Shown: in pieces, positions 1 through 12,721 of the stretch
How positions within the stretch are numbered: position 1 is the stretch's first letter
Layout of the letters: each line of letters starts with the position of its first letter
Assembly: GCA_964016885.1 (NCBI GenBank)
Contig: OZ024757.1
Location: 38,626,001 to 38,690,000 of the forward strand
Reading direction: 5' to 3'
DNA from: Eledone cirrhosa
Lineage: Eukaryota
Length of the DNA: 64,000 nucleotides
The notes under the pieces: generated by a model
The model's input: the letters and a program-made list of their open reading frames with translations, nothing else
Told to the model about the DNA's origin: nothing
Databases searched by the model: none
Made by a program: the position numbers and the translations under genes

Positions 1-669
1 AGTACACATAAACGCATATGCACAAACACGCACTCGTTCGCACTCATACATGTGTCTATAATATAATGGTAGTGGGACAAATTTTAAATTTTTAATTTTA
101 AATTTTAAGCTGGGCCTGATAGAGGATTAAAATAATTAATATCACTGCGTAACAATATCGGTTTCAACACACGATTTCAGATAAAGAATTTTGCTAAACA
201 AATTCAGAAACGAAATATATATATATATATATATGAGATTATATATGTATGTGTATATATGTATATATATGTGTGAATGTAAGTGTGTGTGTATATGTGT
301 ATGTATAGTATAATTTATACCGAGAGACATACGTACATGTAAGTGTGTATATATATGTATATATATATATATATATATATAATGTGTATGTGTAGATATA
401 TATATGTGTGTGTATGTGTATGCGTGTGTGTGTGTATATTTGTGTGTTTGTGTTTTTCTTGTGTATATATGTATATATGTGTATGTGTGTGTGTGTGTGT
501 GTGTATGCGCACACACATGTGTGTGTGTGTATATATATATATATAATGTGTGTGAATGTGTAGGTGTGCACACATATATACATATATATATATATAAGTA
601 TATATATGTGTGTGTAAGTGTTTTTGTATGTGGTTGTGAATATGTAAATATATTTTTTTCTTTCCATTC

Positions 670-1146
670 TACAAAAACACTCTGGCCACCTGTGGCTTGT
701 ATGTTAACTTGACCACTCACCCCAGTCTCTGCCATGATTCGGTCTTGTTAAATGTTTAATTTCTATTACCAACCCACCTAAAAAATTTCCCTACTATATA
801 TCTGTTGAATTACTATTCTTGGGTTTTTTATTTATTTATTTTTTTTATTTTTTTTTTATTTTTTTTTCTTCATTTATTTATTCATTTATCTATTTATTCA
901 TTATTTATTTATTTATTTACTTATTTCAAAAAAGCACTCTGGCTAATTGACCACTCCCCAAAGGAAAAACGGCCTGTGCCATGAAGTGGTCCTGTGTAAC
1001 TAAATACCATCCCACCACAAAACCCGCCCCCATCGACCACCCCTCCCTTACCACTACCTAAATGTATAAATACCAGAACTTAATATGACACCCAGCTTCC
1101 TGAAGATTTCATCTGAATGAAACAGTACTAGTCCTGTAGAAGCTCC
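670..1146 (+). mobile_element. Penelope-like element (PLE) terminal remnant, family P1: imperfect direct repeats, TATAAATA, then hammerhead
   Basis: Related blocks at about 673-780 and 929-1022 (CACTCTGGC..TTGACCACTC..TGCCATGA..TACCAxCCCACC). TATAAATA at 1065-1072, hammerhead at 1094-1144, then A/TA tract. The hammerhead part recurs at 12516 and 39351-39431. Confidence 0.55.
1094..1144 (+). ncRNA. Type I hammerhead ribozyme motif, intact core
   Basis: Stem I AGCTTC/GAAGCT; CTGAAGA; stem II TTC-ATCT-GAA; GAAA; stem III ACAG/CTGT with a loop containing the palindrome ACTAGT; GUA cleavage triplet at 1136-1138. Confidence 0.75.
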
Positions 1147-1830
1147 TTCTATAAAATAAAAAAAAAATATATATATATATAAGCAGTGTGTGTGTGTAGT
1201 AATGGCTTAACCGAACAATGATGTGTGGACCACATAATAGTCTGTCGGTTGTGAAGTAGATAAAGCCAAAAGATTATGGCCTCGGATTTTTATTTATTTA
1301 TATATATATATATATGTGTATGTGTGTGTGTGTGTGTGAGAGCCCTTCTTTCTCTGGAACAAATCGACTGCGTTCCGAACTGGATAGGGAAATGGACTCC
1401 GCCAAGTTCAAAATGCTGCCCACCCTGTCCCAAACGCCGTATGTTGCTACATCACCCTTACAAATTCAATCAATAAAGTCCCCTTTATTTTGTCAAATAA
1501 ATATTTTGTTATTATCCAACTAATTATTTACTGTCCTTCAAATTATTGATGAAGTAACAATCAATATTGTACTATAACTATTCCAGGGTCTATACTTATC
1601 AACTAGATATTTATGCTCTAGTGGTTACATAGGAAATCATTAACCTTATCATAAAAGAATTGTTGTAATTAACGGTTTTATACCTCACAAAATATTTAAT
1701 GAATGTTTAAAATCGATAAACTAAGCAATATAATGTGAATATGTCCTATATATACACTCTATCCGCTGTTTACGTGAACTCGGCTAACTCGAATTCGTTT
1801 TAACGTCTCATGAAAAATATTATTAAATAT

Positions 1831-2010
1831 TGGCAGATCGGTAGAGGGTCAGACGCCATGCTTTGAAGCATAGAGTTAAATCCCTTTATGATCTGAATTC
1901 AAATCCCGCCGAGGTTAACTTTGCCTTTCATCCTTACGGGGAGGATAAAATAAAGTACCAGTAATGTACTGGGTAATTGCTGACCTTGTGCCAAAAAATA
2001 GAAACAATTA
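1831..2010 (+). mobile_element. tRNA-derived SINE, family A (Meta-domain-like central region)
   Basis: A-box-like TGGCAGATCGG, B-box-like TTCAAATCCC, central GCCTTTCATCCTTACGGGG..ATAAAATAAAGTACCAG, tail CCTTGTGCCAAAA..AGAAACAAT. More than 10 copies in the window. Confidence 0.8.
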
Positions 2011-2759
2011 AATATTCTCTTTGTGTGAATGACGCGCTATAATGCGTGTGGTTTTTAATATTTTGTATTTATCAGAAATCTAATTTAACATTAGTTTACT
2101 GAAATGGACAAAAAACGCTGTTTGATGGGTCGGATTTGCCACACACTTTGTCGTGATAGTTTTTCCCCGAGAACAACATCATGGTTATACATATCTGCGG
2201 AATTCCCAACCAATAATTATTTGTTAGATTCACAAGCAGGCTGTTCCGTTGTGGCAAAAGTGTCGTCGAAACAGACCGATGTCCGTCAAATTATATTATA
2301 ATTTAGACGTTCTATTGAATTACTGAATTAATGGTTCTATTAATAATGACTATGGCTACTATCCTATATAATTGTTGTTTGTTTGGATCAGAGAAACAAT
2401 AATCTAATAGATTCAACGTTAAGACTCTCATCCATATTTATAAAGGTTACTTTTCTTATTGATTTAAAACGATGACAATATTATTAGTATTTTAATATGC
2501 ATGTGCTAAGACACTCTAGACACTTTATTTAATAAATTCAAATTATATCCCAATTTCCAATTTTAATTATACGTTTTGAATTTGAATGACGGATTTGTAA
2601 TCTTAATTATGGCATTACATATAATATATATTTACTAACAACTGATTTCAGAGATGACTTGAATAAACAATATATAGATTGATTCGTAGATTCTATAGTA
2701 GATTTATTCATTGAATTTAAATTTAAGCGGAGCATTATTAAATAAATTGTATATATCGT

Positions 2760-2958
2760 CTAAAGGAAGCGCTGCGTTGACAACTCTATCTCCATGACAC
2801 TCTCGGGAATAAGTGGAAGGAGGAGAAGAAGGGGAGGAAGAAGAGACGAAGAAGGAGAGGGAAAGGAAGGAGACGAAGAAAAAGAAGAAGAAAGAGGTGA
2901 AAGAAGAAAGAGGCGGAAGAAGAAAGAGACGAAAGGAGAAAAGGAGATGAAGAAGAAG
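2760..2958 (+). mobile_element. Retroelement 3' end with expanded GAA/purine tail
   Basis: ATCTCCATGAC..GGAATAAGTGGA followed by GAAGAAG is shared with 20308-20352. Here the tail has expanded into a purine tract of about 140 bp. Confidence 0.5.
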
Positions 2959-3090
2959 TTGAGGGCAAATCTCGTTTCCAATGTTGCTGTTGTTGTTCTT
3001 TATATGTTTAAAAAAAAAAACGCACAAAAAAATCGCTGACTATGTAGATAACGAGAATACACGAGAGTAATAATTATAATTGTTTGAAAA

Positions 3091-3501
3091 TTTGCTGACC
3101 TTGTGCCAAAAGTAGAGTGTATTACTGGTACTTTATTTTATCGACCCCGTAAAGATGAAAGGAAAAGTTAACCTCGAATGGAAAGTTAACTCAGAATGGT
3201 AAGAGCCGAAACTCTATGTTGCAAAGCATGGCGCCCGATCTTCTACTGATGCTGCCAATCCAAGGCCAGCAATAACACCAGTGTATTACTGGTACTTTAT
3301 TTTATCGGCCCCGTAAGGATGAAAGGCAAAGTTAACCTCGGCGGGATTTGAACTCAGAATGGAAAGGGCCGTAACTATATGCGTCAAAGCATGGCGTCCG
3401 ACCCTCTACCGAAACACTAACTTCATCTCTCATAAAGGGTCATAACTCTATGCTGCAAAGCGAGGAGTCCGACCCTCTGCCGATACTGCCAATCCTCCGC
3501 C
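3091..3501 (-). mobile_element. Cluster of three tandem partial SINE family A copies
   Basis: CTGGTACTTTATTTTATCG..GATGAAAGG..AAAGTTAACCTCG occurs twice. Head-end CCGA(T/C)C(T/C)TCT(A/G)C occurs three times (about 3116-3261, 3262-3412, 3430-3501). Confidence 0.8.
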
Positions 3502-3555
3502 ACTGATGATAATACTACAAAACTTGAGATAAAGAAATGGAAAAATCTGACTTAC

Positions 3556-3596
3556 CTCATTCTCGGATTACTGCTACATACATTATCTCTGATGCA
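3556..3596 (-). other. Candidate 41-nt exon
   Basis: Minus strand reads tattccag|TGCATC...AATGAG|gtaagt, with one open frame CIRDNVCSSNPRM. No homology recognised. Confidence 0.3.
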
Positions 3597-3844
3597 CTGG
3601 AATATAACAGGCAATAGAGAACAATACGAGGAAGTATTAAACGAGATTCCCTCATGTCATGCAAACTAACTAACGCATAGTATTATGGCGCAATACATCT
3701 TAAGAAAAACAATTTATTTCACCTTTCATGTTTGTTTTACTTACAGCCAAATTAACAACTTATCTGTAGGAGGAAATAAAGCAAGCAAACATAAAACTTT
3801 ACTTATTCTGATATATGACCTGATGTCGCTGACATAGACTTTTT

Positions 3845-4670
3845 AATATATATATAAATATATATATAGTATATATATATATATATATATATATATGTCT
3901 ATATATATTTTGCATGTATATATATATATATATATATATGTCTATATATATTTTGCATATATTTATATATATGTCTATATATATTTTGCATATATATATA
4001 TATATGTCTATATATATGTTGCATGTATATATATATATATATATGTCTATATATATGTCGTATGTGTATATATATATATATATATGTCTATATATATTTT
4101 GTATGTATGTATATATACATCTATATAATTTTGTACGCATGGATATATATATGTATGTGTCTATATATATTTTGTATGTATATATATATATATGTCTCTA
4201 TATATTTTGTATGTATATATATATATATATATATGTCTCTATATATTTTGTATGTATATATATATATGTGTCTCTATATATTTTGTATGTATGTATATAT
4301 ACATGTATATAATTGTGTATGCATGGATGTATATATATATATATGTATGTAAATAATTTTGTATGTATGTATGCATATATATATATATATATATGTATAT
4401 AATTTTGTATATATGCATATATATATATGTATGTATATAATTTTGTATGTATATATATGTATGTATGTATATAATTTTGTATGTATATATATATATATAT
4501 ATATATACATACATATGTATATAACTGTCTATGTATGTATATATATACATGTATATAATGTTATATGTATATATATATATATAGATGTGTGTGTGTATAT
4601 TTATATACATGTATATGTGTGTGTATGTTTATGTATATGTGCCTATGTATGTGTATATAACTATATATAA
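3845..4670. repeat. Compound (TA)n/(TATG)n microsatellite with recurring TTTTG and GTCT interruptions
   Basis: Direct inspection. Confidence 0.9.
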
Positions 4671-5439
4671 GTATGTTTAAATATTCCTTTAGACAACAAA
4701 GATTTTTCATTATAGTCTCTAACAGTATTGCAGCTTTCATGTAACTCACATCCCAACCTGACATCTCAGGTGTCCTATTATAGTTCAATATAAAAACTAA
4801 GCTAAGATTGGTGTCGTGAAATCACGCCATATATTTACAACTATATATTTACAGTGCTAAATCATCATCGCTCTTTGTGTATAAATATTGTACACTGTGT
4901 TCTCTGCTTGTAACCAAATCTTTTCTTTTTTTCTTTCTGACTTGCATAAATCTCAACACAGTTGAAATATATTCCTAGAATTCCCAGTTGCTTCAAACGT
5001 AGACGTAAAGAGAACATATACATATTAGTTGGAAAGTTCTATTTTCAAGACAATGCTAAATAAATCTGTCCCGTGTTGTATCCGAGATAAATATCCGCAT
5101 ATTTGTTTGTCTCAAAAGTCTACAAACTTCAGTTGATCTACATACTTACCAACCTACCCACATCCTCCACCTCTTTCTCTCTCTCTCTCTGTTATTATTT
5201 CTGGCAATATTATTACAACAATCTGACCCTTCCCAAGTATAACAATATATAACAATATATATATATATATAGTTATAATTTGGGACGGTCATGTTGCCAA
5301 ATTCAGAAACGAAGTATATATAAATATATATGCACATATCAGTATATATATATATATACGCGACAGAGCCACGTGGAGTTCAAGTGTTGAGTCCATTTTG
5401 GCTGGGGCCGCCGGCTGATTTTATATATATATATATATC

Positions 5440-5470
<31 letters not shown>

Positions 5471-7053
5471 CTGTATATATAAGAGAGAGAGAGAGAGAGT
5501 GAGACATACGTCTTGTCATTGCCACTTCTACGGCTACAAGCTATTTATTTCTATGAAGGTAGGTTAGTAGTGACACAGCAAACCCTGACAGGCTACGAAG
5601 TGGAACCTAATTTTTGATTGCAACATAGGAGGTGAAATTTTACAGACACATATGAAGCATAGCATATAATACCATATGTTTATATACAGGTGTCTCAGTG
5701 TTGATTTGTAGTGAAGATGACTTACAAATATAAGTTTAGAACATAGTTCCTGTATAACTTTCAGAAATTTCGGTCAGTATTTGGCCAGGCCATGTCTAAC
5801 GAAACAGCACCACCTTCGAAGTCTTTCAATCAAGATTTTGACACCATGACCCACTGAAGTATAGAGTTATTGTTTACGAAGACATATCCATGAATGTAAT
5901 TATTAATAGGAAGCCATTTCACAGCTACCCGAATAGCTGTGTTTATTATATAAATATAAACCGATATATTATTCCAATATCTCACTGTAGGTATTTTTGG
6001 CTGTGGTCATTTCACAGCTGATTTAAAAGCTGCTTTTTCATATACAAACCTATAGTATATGCTATCCTACACAGCTTTATTGAGATCACGCTATGTTAGT
6101 AGTACTATTAATATATCTTTGTGTCAGTAGTACTTATTAACCCAGAATTCGTGACTCTTTAATGTTTTCATTCATTCATTTATTTTTATGTAGCAAACAG
6201 TTACGTGCCTTTCTTATAAAAATATATTAATTTCCTTCAATAATAATCTTCCAACATGATAATGTGTATGATAGCATGCCGTAAAGTAAGGCATATCATA
6301 TGATTTCAAACCCCTAAACGTATCAAAGTTATTGCATTTCTTCTTGTCTCTAATGAGAAAATATAAGCAGTTCACCATATAACATTTCAGTAAATTGAAT
6401 ATAAATCCGGACTGTATTACATTACACATAATTATCCAGTTTTTATTGGAAATTTACTTCAATATAACGAGGAAAGGGCGCCATAAAATACAGAAATAAG
6501 ATTGGATAAACTATTTAACGATGTATTTAAATTAACAATTATATATCCTTCATTTGAGTTATGTATTGCAATCCTATTTCCAAAACAAGGTAAATTACAA
6601 TCCCATCTTAGGTTTATTTTCAATTCGTTTTCCCTCCTTCCAATTCAATAAAACTATTAACCACGCTATACTCCTGATGGGGAGTTTTATGATCGTTAAG
6701 ACAATTTCACCTGAACAATAATTAAATATTTTATTGCTTGAGGTTTACGCTAGTTTTCTTCAGATAAATTTATGTAGGCGAATGTCTTGTGTTTAGGGAC
6801 TTTGATTCAGAAATGTCCGCTGGGGACCAGATGCCCCACCTCAATCATCCCATCATTTGCTTATAATATTGAGAGATGGGGACAGCGAGATAGATGGAGT
6901 TAGTGAATGAAGGGGAGAGAACATTTACATTTTTTTAGTTATATATTTATTTGCATTACCACTTCTGTATTTTCCGAGTAATTCTGATAATTATACTTCC
7001 ACTACAACCACTACTACTATAACTACCACTATTGGAAGGCTGGAGCTACTTAG

Positions 7054-7272
7054 TGACACTGCGTCTGTTACGACGACGATTGTTCCAGTGTGATGCGATT
7101 AACGGAACAGCCTGCTCGTGAAATTAGCGTGCAAGTGGGTGAGCATTAAATAGACACGTGTACCCTTAACGTGGTTCTCAGGGAGATTCAGCATGACACA
7201 GAATGTGACAAGGCTGGCTCTTTGAATTATAAGTACAGCTCATTTTTGCAGCTGAGGGTACTGGAGCAACAT
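7054..7272 (-). mobile_element. CORE-type SINE, family B, 5'-truncated
   Basis: GAACAGCCTGCTCGTGAAATT..GACACGTGTACCCTTAACG..CAGCTGAG..TGGAGCAAC. Homologous to 39537-39803; the end is the reverse complement of the CORE-like block at 15625-15660. Confidence 0.75.
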
Positions 7273-8761
7273 ATGAACTGTCCCATTGCTCGTTCTACAT
7301 CCGCAAAGTACGAAACATCATGTGGATGCTGATTCTTGGTACCAGTGGCTCACATAAATGTAGTTTATTTATGTAGTTGGACATAAACTATAGACTATAC
7401 AATAGACTAGATTATAGTTACTATAAGAACTTAACTTAGAATAACCTACAGCTATAAATGTTTTATTTATTCTTCAATCGATTATTACTACCCTAAAAAG
7501 GCGTTTAAAAGTTTTGGGTCATTGAAACACATGAACAATACAGTACTATAACAAAAGTAAGAGGGTAAATGTTCATGTAATAAAAAGAAGTAATACGCAT
7601 TGCATAGAATAGAAGCATGCACTTTAAATTTTTTCGTTTGGCTCGTGTGTAACCGAATGTCATTTAAATGCTTTGTATAACTCGATGTTACTGTTTACTC
7701 AGTGCCTTGTATGAATTAGTACACATTGTATAAAATAGTGGAGTGTGTAGTTTAGTACAGAAATATTGCGAAACTCGTTCAATGAATGGGACAGCTATTC
7801 AAAAGACATTTCTGCTAACCAAGTCTCTAGAATATTTCTACCCAAAACAAAACAAAATAAAATGAAATGAAATGGAATAAAATAAAATATAGAATGAAAG
7901 AAAAAAAAAAACTAAACAAAAACACATAAACAATAGAAAAGAAAGAATAACAGTCAGAATATATATAAAAAAGGAAAATAAGAAAATTGAACGAAAGAAT
8001 GAACTAACTAATGAAAGAAAGAAGAAAAAGATGAATAGAATAAAATGAATGAAAGAGAGAAAGGAAACGTCTAAACCTGGCGATTCATTATTTTTATTCT
8101 ATGCATTATAGTTTTCCTTTAACCAAGTCACGTTCATCTAAAGATTTCCACCATGTTTCTGGCCGTTGAACTAATCAAGTTGAGTAGCAAATAAAAGAGT
8201 AAACGTATCTAAATATCATTGGCTGCTTCTTACGTTTTATAGTTTCTCCATTGCCTGATTAGCATAAGGAAATATTTCGTGCCATTTACTACTTTTTCAC
8301 CCTTGTGTGTGATCAACGAAAGAGAAAGTGTTATTGTCTGTGAAAAACAAGTCTAAATGTCTGGTAATAAAAGACTTTACTATAGGAAAAGAAACGAAGC
8401 TGGACTGTCAGGTAAAGAAAGAAAACACAAAACAAAAAAGAAAATTATCAACAAATATTCGTCAATGTCACGGATTTTAAACTGTATTAAAATTCCGACA
8501 AATTTACTCTCTTTGAAGCATGTTGTAATAAGGCTTCCCTAAATGCTGGATCAAATTAGACAGAGACTAGCGGGTGTCTATAATCGTTTACGACAGCCTG
8601 GGCAACTAGATCTCTTACTTACTACCAAGTTATACTTGGCGAACGTTGTTTTATTCTACCCATCTGACAAAATTATTAACGCTGACATCCCATAGTATAT
8701 GAAAGAAGAAATAAAGGACAATGTTTACGAATATATTAAATAAGTCCTAAAAACATTCTGA

Positions 8762-8835
8762 AGGTGTGTGACCTCGTGGTTAATGCATTGGACTCACCAG
8801 CATATGTCGCTGGATTCAATTCCTGGACCAAGCTG
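8762..8835 (+). mobile_element. tRNA-derived SINE head (decayed)
   Basis: TGACCTCGTGGTTA (A box) and GATTCAATTCC (B box); resembles the heads at 15519 and 33680. Confidence 0.55.
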
Positions 8836-8957
8836 TAAATGGTGTATATATGCATGTCTCTTCATGTATATATATATATGAACGAATAAAAAATAAAACA
8901 CAGGACGCAATTGTACACAGTTATATTTGGTTCACGCTTGGTGGAAGTGAAGGAGGT

Positions 8958-8991
8958 TTCAACGTTTCGGAAACAACACTTTCATCAAGAA
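8958..8991 (-). ncRNA. Degenerate minimal hammerhead motif
   Basis: Minus strand reads TTC TTGATGA AAGTGTTGTTTCC GAAA CG T T GAA. C3>U substitution, palindromic ACGT stem III, next to (TA)n. Confidence 0.4.
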
Positions 8992-9026
8992 GTAGTAAGA
9001 GGGGGATTTAAGGATGGAATTTAAAA

Positions 9027-9068
<42 letters not shown>

Positions 9069-9087
9069 CTACATATATACATACACA

Positions 9088-9558
9088 TACTACTACTACC
9101 ACTACTACTACTACTACTACTAGGTAGATGTGATGTGGAAATGGTGTCAAACGATTTTCCTGCAATACGATTCACCTCCCATTTGAACACAAGACTTGCA
9201 CTGTTTTATATGACTGCTACACTTCACTAACAACATTATCACTGTCACTACTACCACCACTACCACCACCACCACTACCACCACCACTACCACTACCATC
9301 ACCACTACCAGTACCATCACCACTACCATCACCACCACCACCACCGTCACCACCACTACCACTGCCACTACTACCACCATCACTACTACCACCATCACCA
9401 CCACTACCACTACCATCACCAACACGACCAAGGCCACCATCCCCACCACCAACAATAAGTAAACTACTATGACACCTACAATAACTAATACTACTCCTAC
9501 CGTAGCAAACAACACTACACCACTATCTCCAATACTACTGTTACTCCTGCTGTTACAG

Positions 9559-9614
<56 letters not shown>

Positions 9615-10237
9615 CAGACTACTACTACTACTAACATACAAACACTACACCACCATTCCTCATGTTAAAACAGATTTCCTAATTTTACTTTCTCAGCTCT
9701 GGTTTCATAATTTTCTTCTCCCCCACCACAGCCACCACCACCACCTCCACATAACCTACCCTCTCCACCACCACCTACCCTACTTTCTCGCCCACCACAG
9801 CCACCACCACCACTTCCACATAATATACCCTCTCCACCACCATCTACCCTAATTTTTCCGCCACCGCCACTACACAACCTAACCACTCCAACACCACAAC
9901 CATCTACCCTATCTCCTCCGCCACCACCACCGCAGCCACCTACCCTATATCTTCCACCACCACTACATACCCTACCCTCTCCACCAGCACTACCACCACT
10001 ACATACCCCACCCTCTCCACTACCACCGCTACATACCCCACCCTCTCCACTGCCACCACCATCATCACCAACACTACCATTACCACCAACAACAACGCTA
10101 CTACTACAACTACTATTACTTCCACCACTACTACAAACACCATCACCAACACTACTAGTACTACTACTACTACTACTACTACTACTGCTAATATTACTAC
10201 TACTAGTAGTAGTAGTAGTAGTAGAGTAGTAGTAGTA
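9088..10237. repeat. Degenerate (ACC)n/(ACT)n trinucleotide field with an embedded 33-39 bp minisatellite
   Basis: Units such as CCACCACTACATACCC(T/C)ACCCTCT repeat at about 9720-10050. These explain the poly-V, poly-L and poly-H ORFs. Confidence 0.9.
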
Positions 10238-10692
10238 CAGTTCTCGTCTTTCATTTCCTCGTCGACTATCATCTCTCCTTATACTATCTCACTGCTCACA
10301 TTTCATATCAATTACTATTTTCTTCTCTTTCACAATATCTCACTGTTTTCTTAGCTGTGTCTTGTATTGAACTGTACTACGTTATAGATTTATAGAGAGC
10401 GTGGAACGGGACACTCGTTGTGTCTGTTGGTGTCTCCGTGGGTAGCTGGCTCTGTGTGTGGTTGTGTGTGTCAGTGCGTGTTTGTGTGTACCATTGCGTG
10501 TCTGTGTGTGTTAATGTGTGTCTGGGTCTGTGGGTGACAATGAGTGTGTCAGCTCTTGTATTAAAATCTATTACGCTATAGAAATATACTGAGGGTGCGA
10601 CGGGACACACACACTGTGTGCGTCTCTCTGTATGTGCGCAAGCGTATATATGGGTGAGTGTCTATACGTGTATGCATATATATATATATACT

Positions 10693-10944
10693 TGTTTCTA
10701 CTGTTGGTACAAGGCCAGCAATTATTCCAGTGTATTACTGGTACTTTATTTTATCGACCCTGTAAGGATGAAAGGCAAAGTTAACCTTGGTGGGATTTGA
10801 ACTCAGATCATGAAGGGAGGTAACTCTATGCTGCAAAGCATGGTGTCCGACCCTCTACCATATATAATTGTTTCTACTTTTGGCACAATGCCAGCAATTA
10901 CCCAGTGCATTACTGGTACTTTATTTTATCGACCCCGTAAGGAT
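10693..10944 (-). mobile_element. Two tandem SINE family A copies
   Basis: 10693-10860 is near full length; 10865-10944 is the 3' half. Confidence 0.8.
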
Positions 10945-11004
10945 ATAATGTGTGGGGGTGAGTGGTGTGAATGCCCGTGTGTATATAAATGCATATATGT
11001 GTGC

Positions 11005-11070
11005 GTGTGTCTTTCTCTCTTCCATATATATATATATAATATATGTTTGTGTGTGTCTGTCTCTCTCTTC

Positions 11071-11102
<32 letters not shown>

Positions 11103-11205
11103 TATATAATATATGTTTGTGTGTGTCTGTCTCTCTTCTATATATATATATATAGAGAGAGAGAGAGATATATAATATATGTTTGTGTGTGTCTTTCTCT
11201 CTTCC

Positions 11206-11238
<33 letters not shown>

Positions 11239-11274
11239 TATATAATATATGTTTGTGTGTGTCTGTCTCTCTTC

Positions 11275-11306
<32 letters not shown>

Positions 11307-11340
11307 TATAATATATGTTTGTGTGTGTCTGTCTCTCTTC

Positions 11341-11372
<32 letters not shown>

Positions 11373-11408
11373 TATATAATATATGTTTGTGTGTGTCTGT
11401 CTCTCTTC

Positions 11409-11440
<32 letters not shown>

Positions 11441-11474
11441 TATAATATATGTTTGTGTGTGTCTGTCTCTCTTC

Positions 11475-11506
<32 letters not shown>

Positions 11507-11585
11507 TATATAATATATGTTTGTGTGTGTCTTTCTCTCTTCCATATATATATATATAATATATGTTTGTGTGTGTCTGTCTCTC

Positions 11586-11626
<41 letters not shown>

Positions 11627-11650
11627 TATATAATATATGTTTGTGTGTGT
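11005..11650. repeat. Composite minisatellite, about 11 units of 50-65 bp
   Basis: Unit ATATAATATATGTTTGTGTGTGTCTGTCTCTCTTC(TA)n(GA)n. Confidence 0.9.
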
Positions 11651-12177
11651 AAGTGTTCGCAACTATATCTATATATACACAATTTACATATGTGGAAATA
11701 TATAAGTCTGTATGTGTATGTGTGGGCCCGTGTGTGTGTGTCTGCATACATACTTGCGTGTCTGTCTATCGCGTGTACTTCGACGTTAAGAAACATAACG
11801 GCGCCATTACAAATCTTTCATGTTATGCTTTGCTAGCAAGATAATGAATACTATTAGCACAGTAACATCGTCTGCTGGAAATGACACAAGGTGTTTAGGT
11901 GCAAGAGTTATGGGCCCTGTTACTTCTGTAGCTTCTCAATGTTCTTTCATATCCCCGTACTTCTCGTAATGTTACGATTTACTTGTTCTTCGTTAGGTGA
12001 TAATGTTGGCAATCGACTGGCGGGCTTGTGCCTCTGTTAAGAATCGATATTAGCAAGTCATTTATGTCAGGAGGTGTAGAATAGACTCACTCATTGAAGT
12101 CTGTATATAGTTTATATGTATGTATATGTGTTTTTGTGTAGATGTATAGATATGTTTAAATATATATATATATTTAT

Positions 12178-12443
12178 ATAAATCAAGAAAGAAGAGCGAC
12201 ACGGTTTGCTATATAATAAGGGCTTTAAAACCCTTATTATATAGCAAACCGTGTCACTCTTCTTTCTTGATTTATCATTACTCCAAGAGTAAACTACATA
12301 GAAATCACCGCGTACTCGCAACATCACCATGGAAACGCCTTGTTGAGTCAAACTTATCCAAGCGTTGATACTATCCACTACTCGGAGTACCCTAACTGGA
12401 CTATATCTAAGTGGACTACCTATAACAATAATCTGTTATCCCG
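12178..12443 (+). mobile_element. Fold-back insert in (TA)n: 45-bp inverted repeat plus unique tail (probable PLE remnant)
   Basis: Arms 12178-12222 and 12231-12275 with one mismatch. The right arm ends in GCAAACCGTGTC, resembling a hammerhead 3' half. Confidence 0.6.
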
Positions 12444-12497
12444 TATATATATATATATATATATATAGTATGTACGTGTGGATGTATGTATATATAT

Positions 12498-12650
12498 ATA
12501 TTTAATATTGAAATGGCTTCTACAGGACTAGAACTGTTTCGTTTCATTCGGTAGAAATCACCAGGAAAGACCTTTCGATATTAAATATTTATACTTTGCT
12601 ATGTATTGAGTACTTTACTTTCTGTGGTTACCCACGATCGAAACCGTGTT
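12498..12650. mobile_element. PLE family P1 remnant with inverted hammerhead segment
   Basis: 12516-12567 is the reverse complement of the 1094 hammerhead (core CTGGTGA, GAAAC duplicated). 12571-12645 matches the reverse complement of 39275-39350. Confidence 0.6.
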
Positions 12651-12721
12651 ATATATATATATACATGTATCTGTGTGTGTGTCTGCTTTATGTATATATG
12701 TGTGTGTATATATATATATAT

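Noticed and set aside
2794-3039. Charged E/K/R-rich ORF
   Set aside because: Expanded GAA tail of a repeat also seen at 20308-20352.
5726-5853. Minus-strand exon with ttcag/gtaagt, or plus-strand terminal exon KFRSVFGQAMSNETAPPSKSFNQDFDTMTH*
   Set aside because: Stops in all three minus frames; the plus reading has no recognisable homology; such signals occur by chance.
9147-10272. Poly-V/L/H/G ORFs resembling membrane or His-rich proteins
   Set aside because: They arise from the ACC/ACT trinucleotide field; no splice or domain support.
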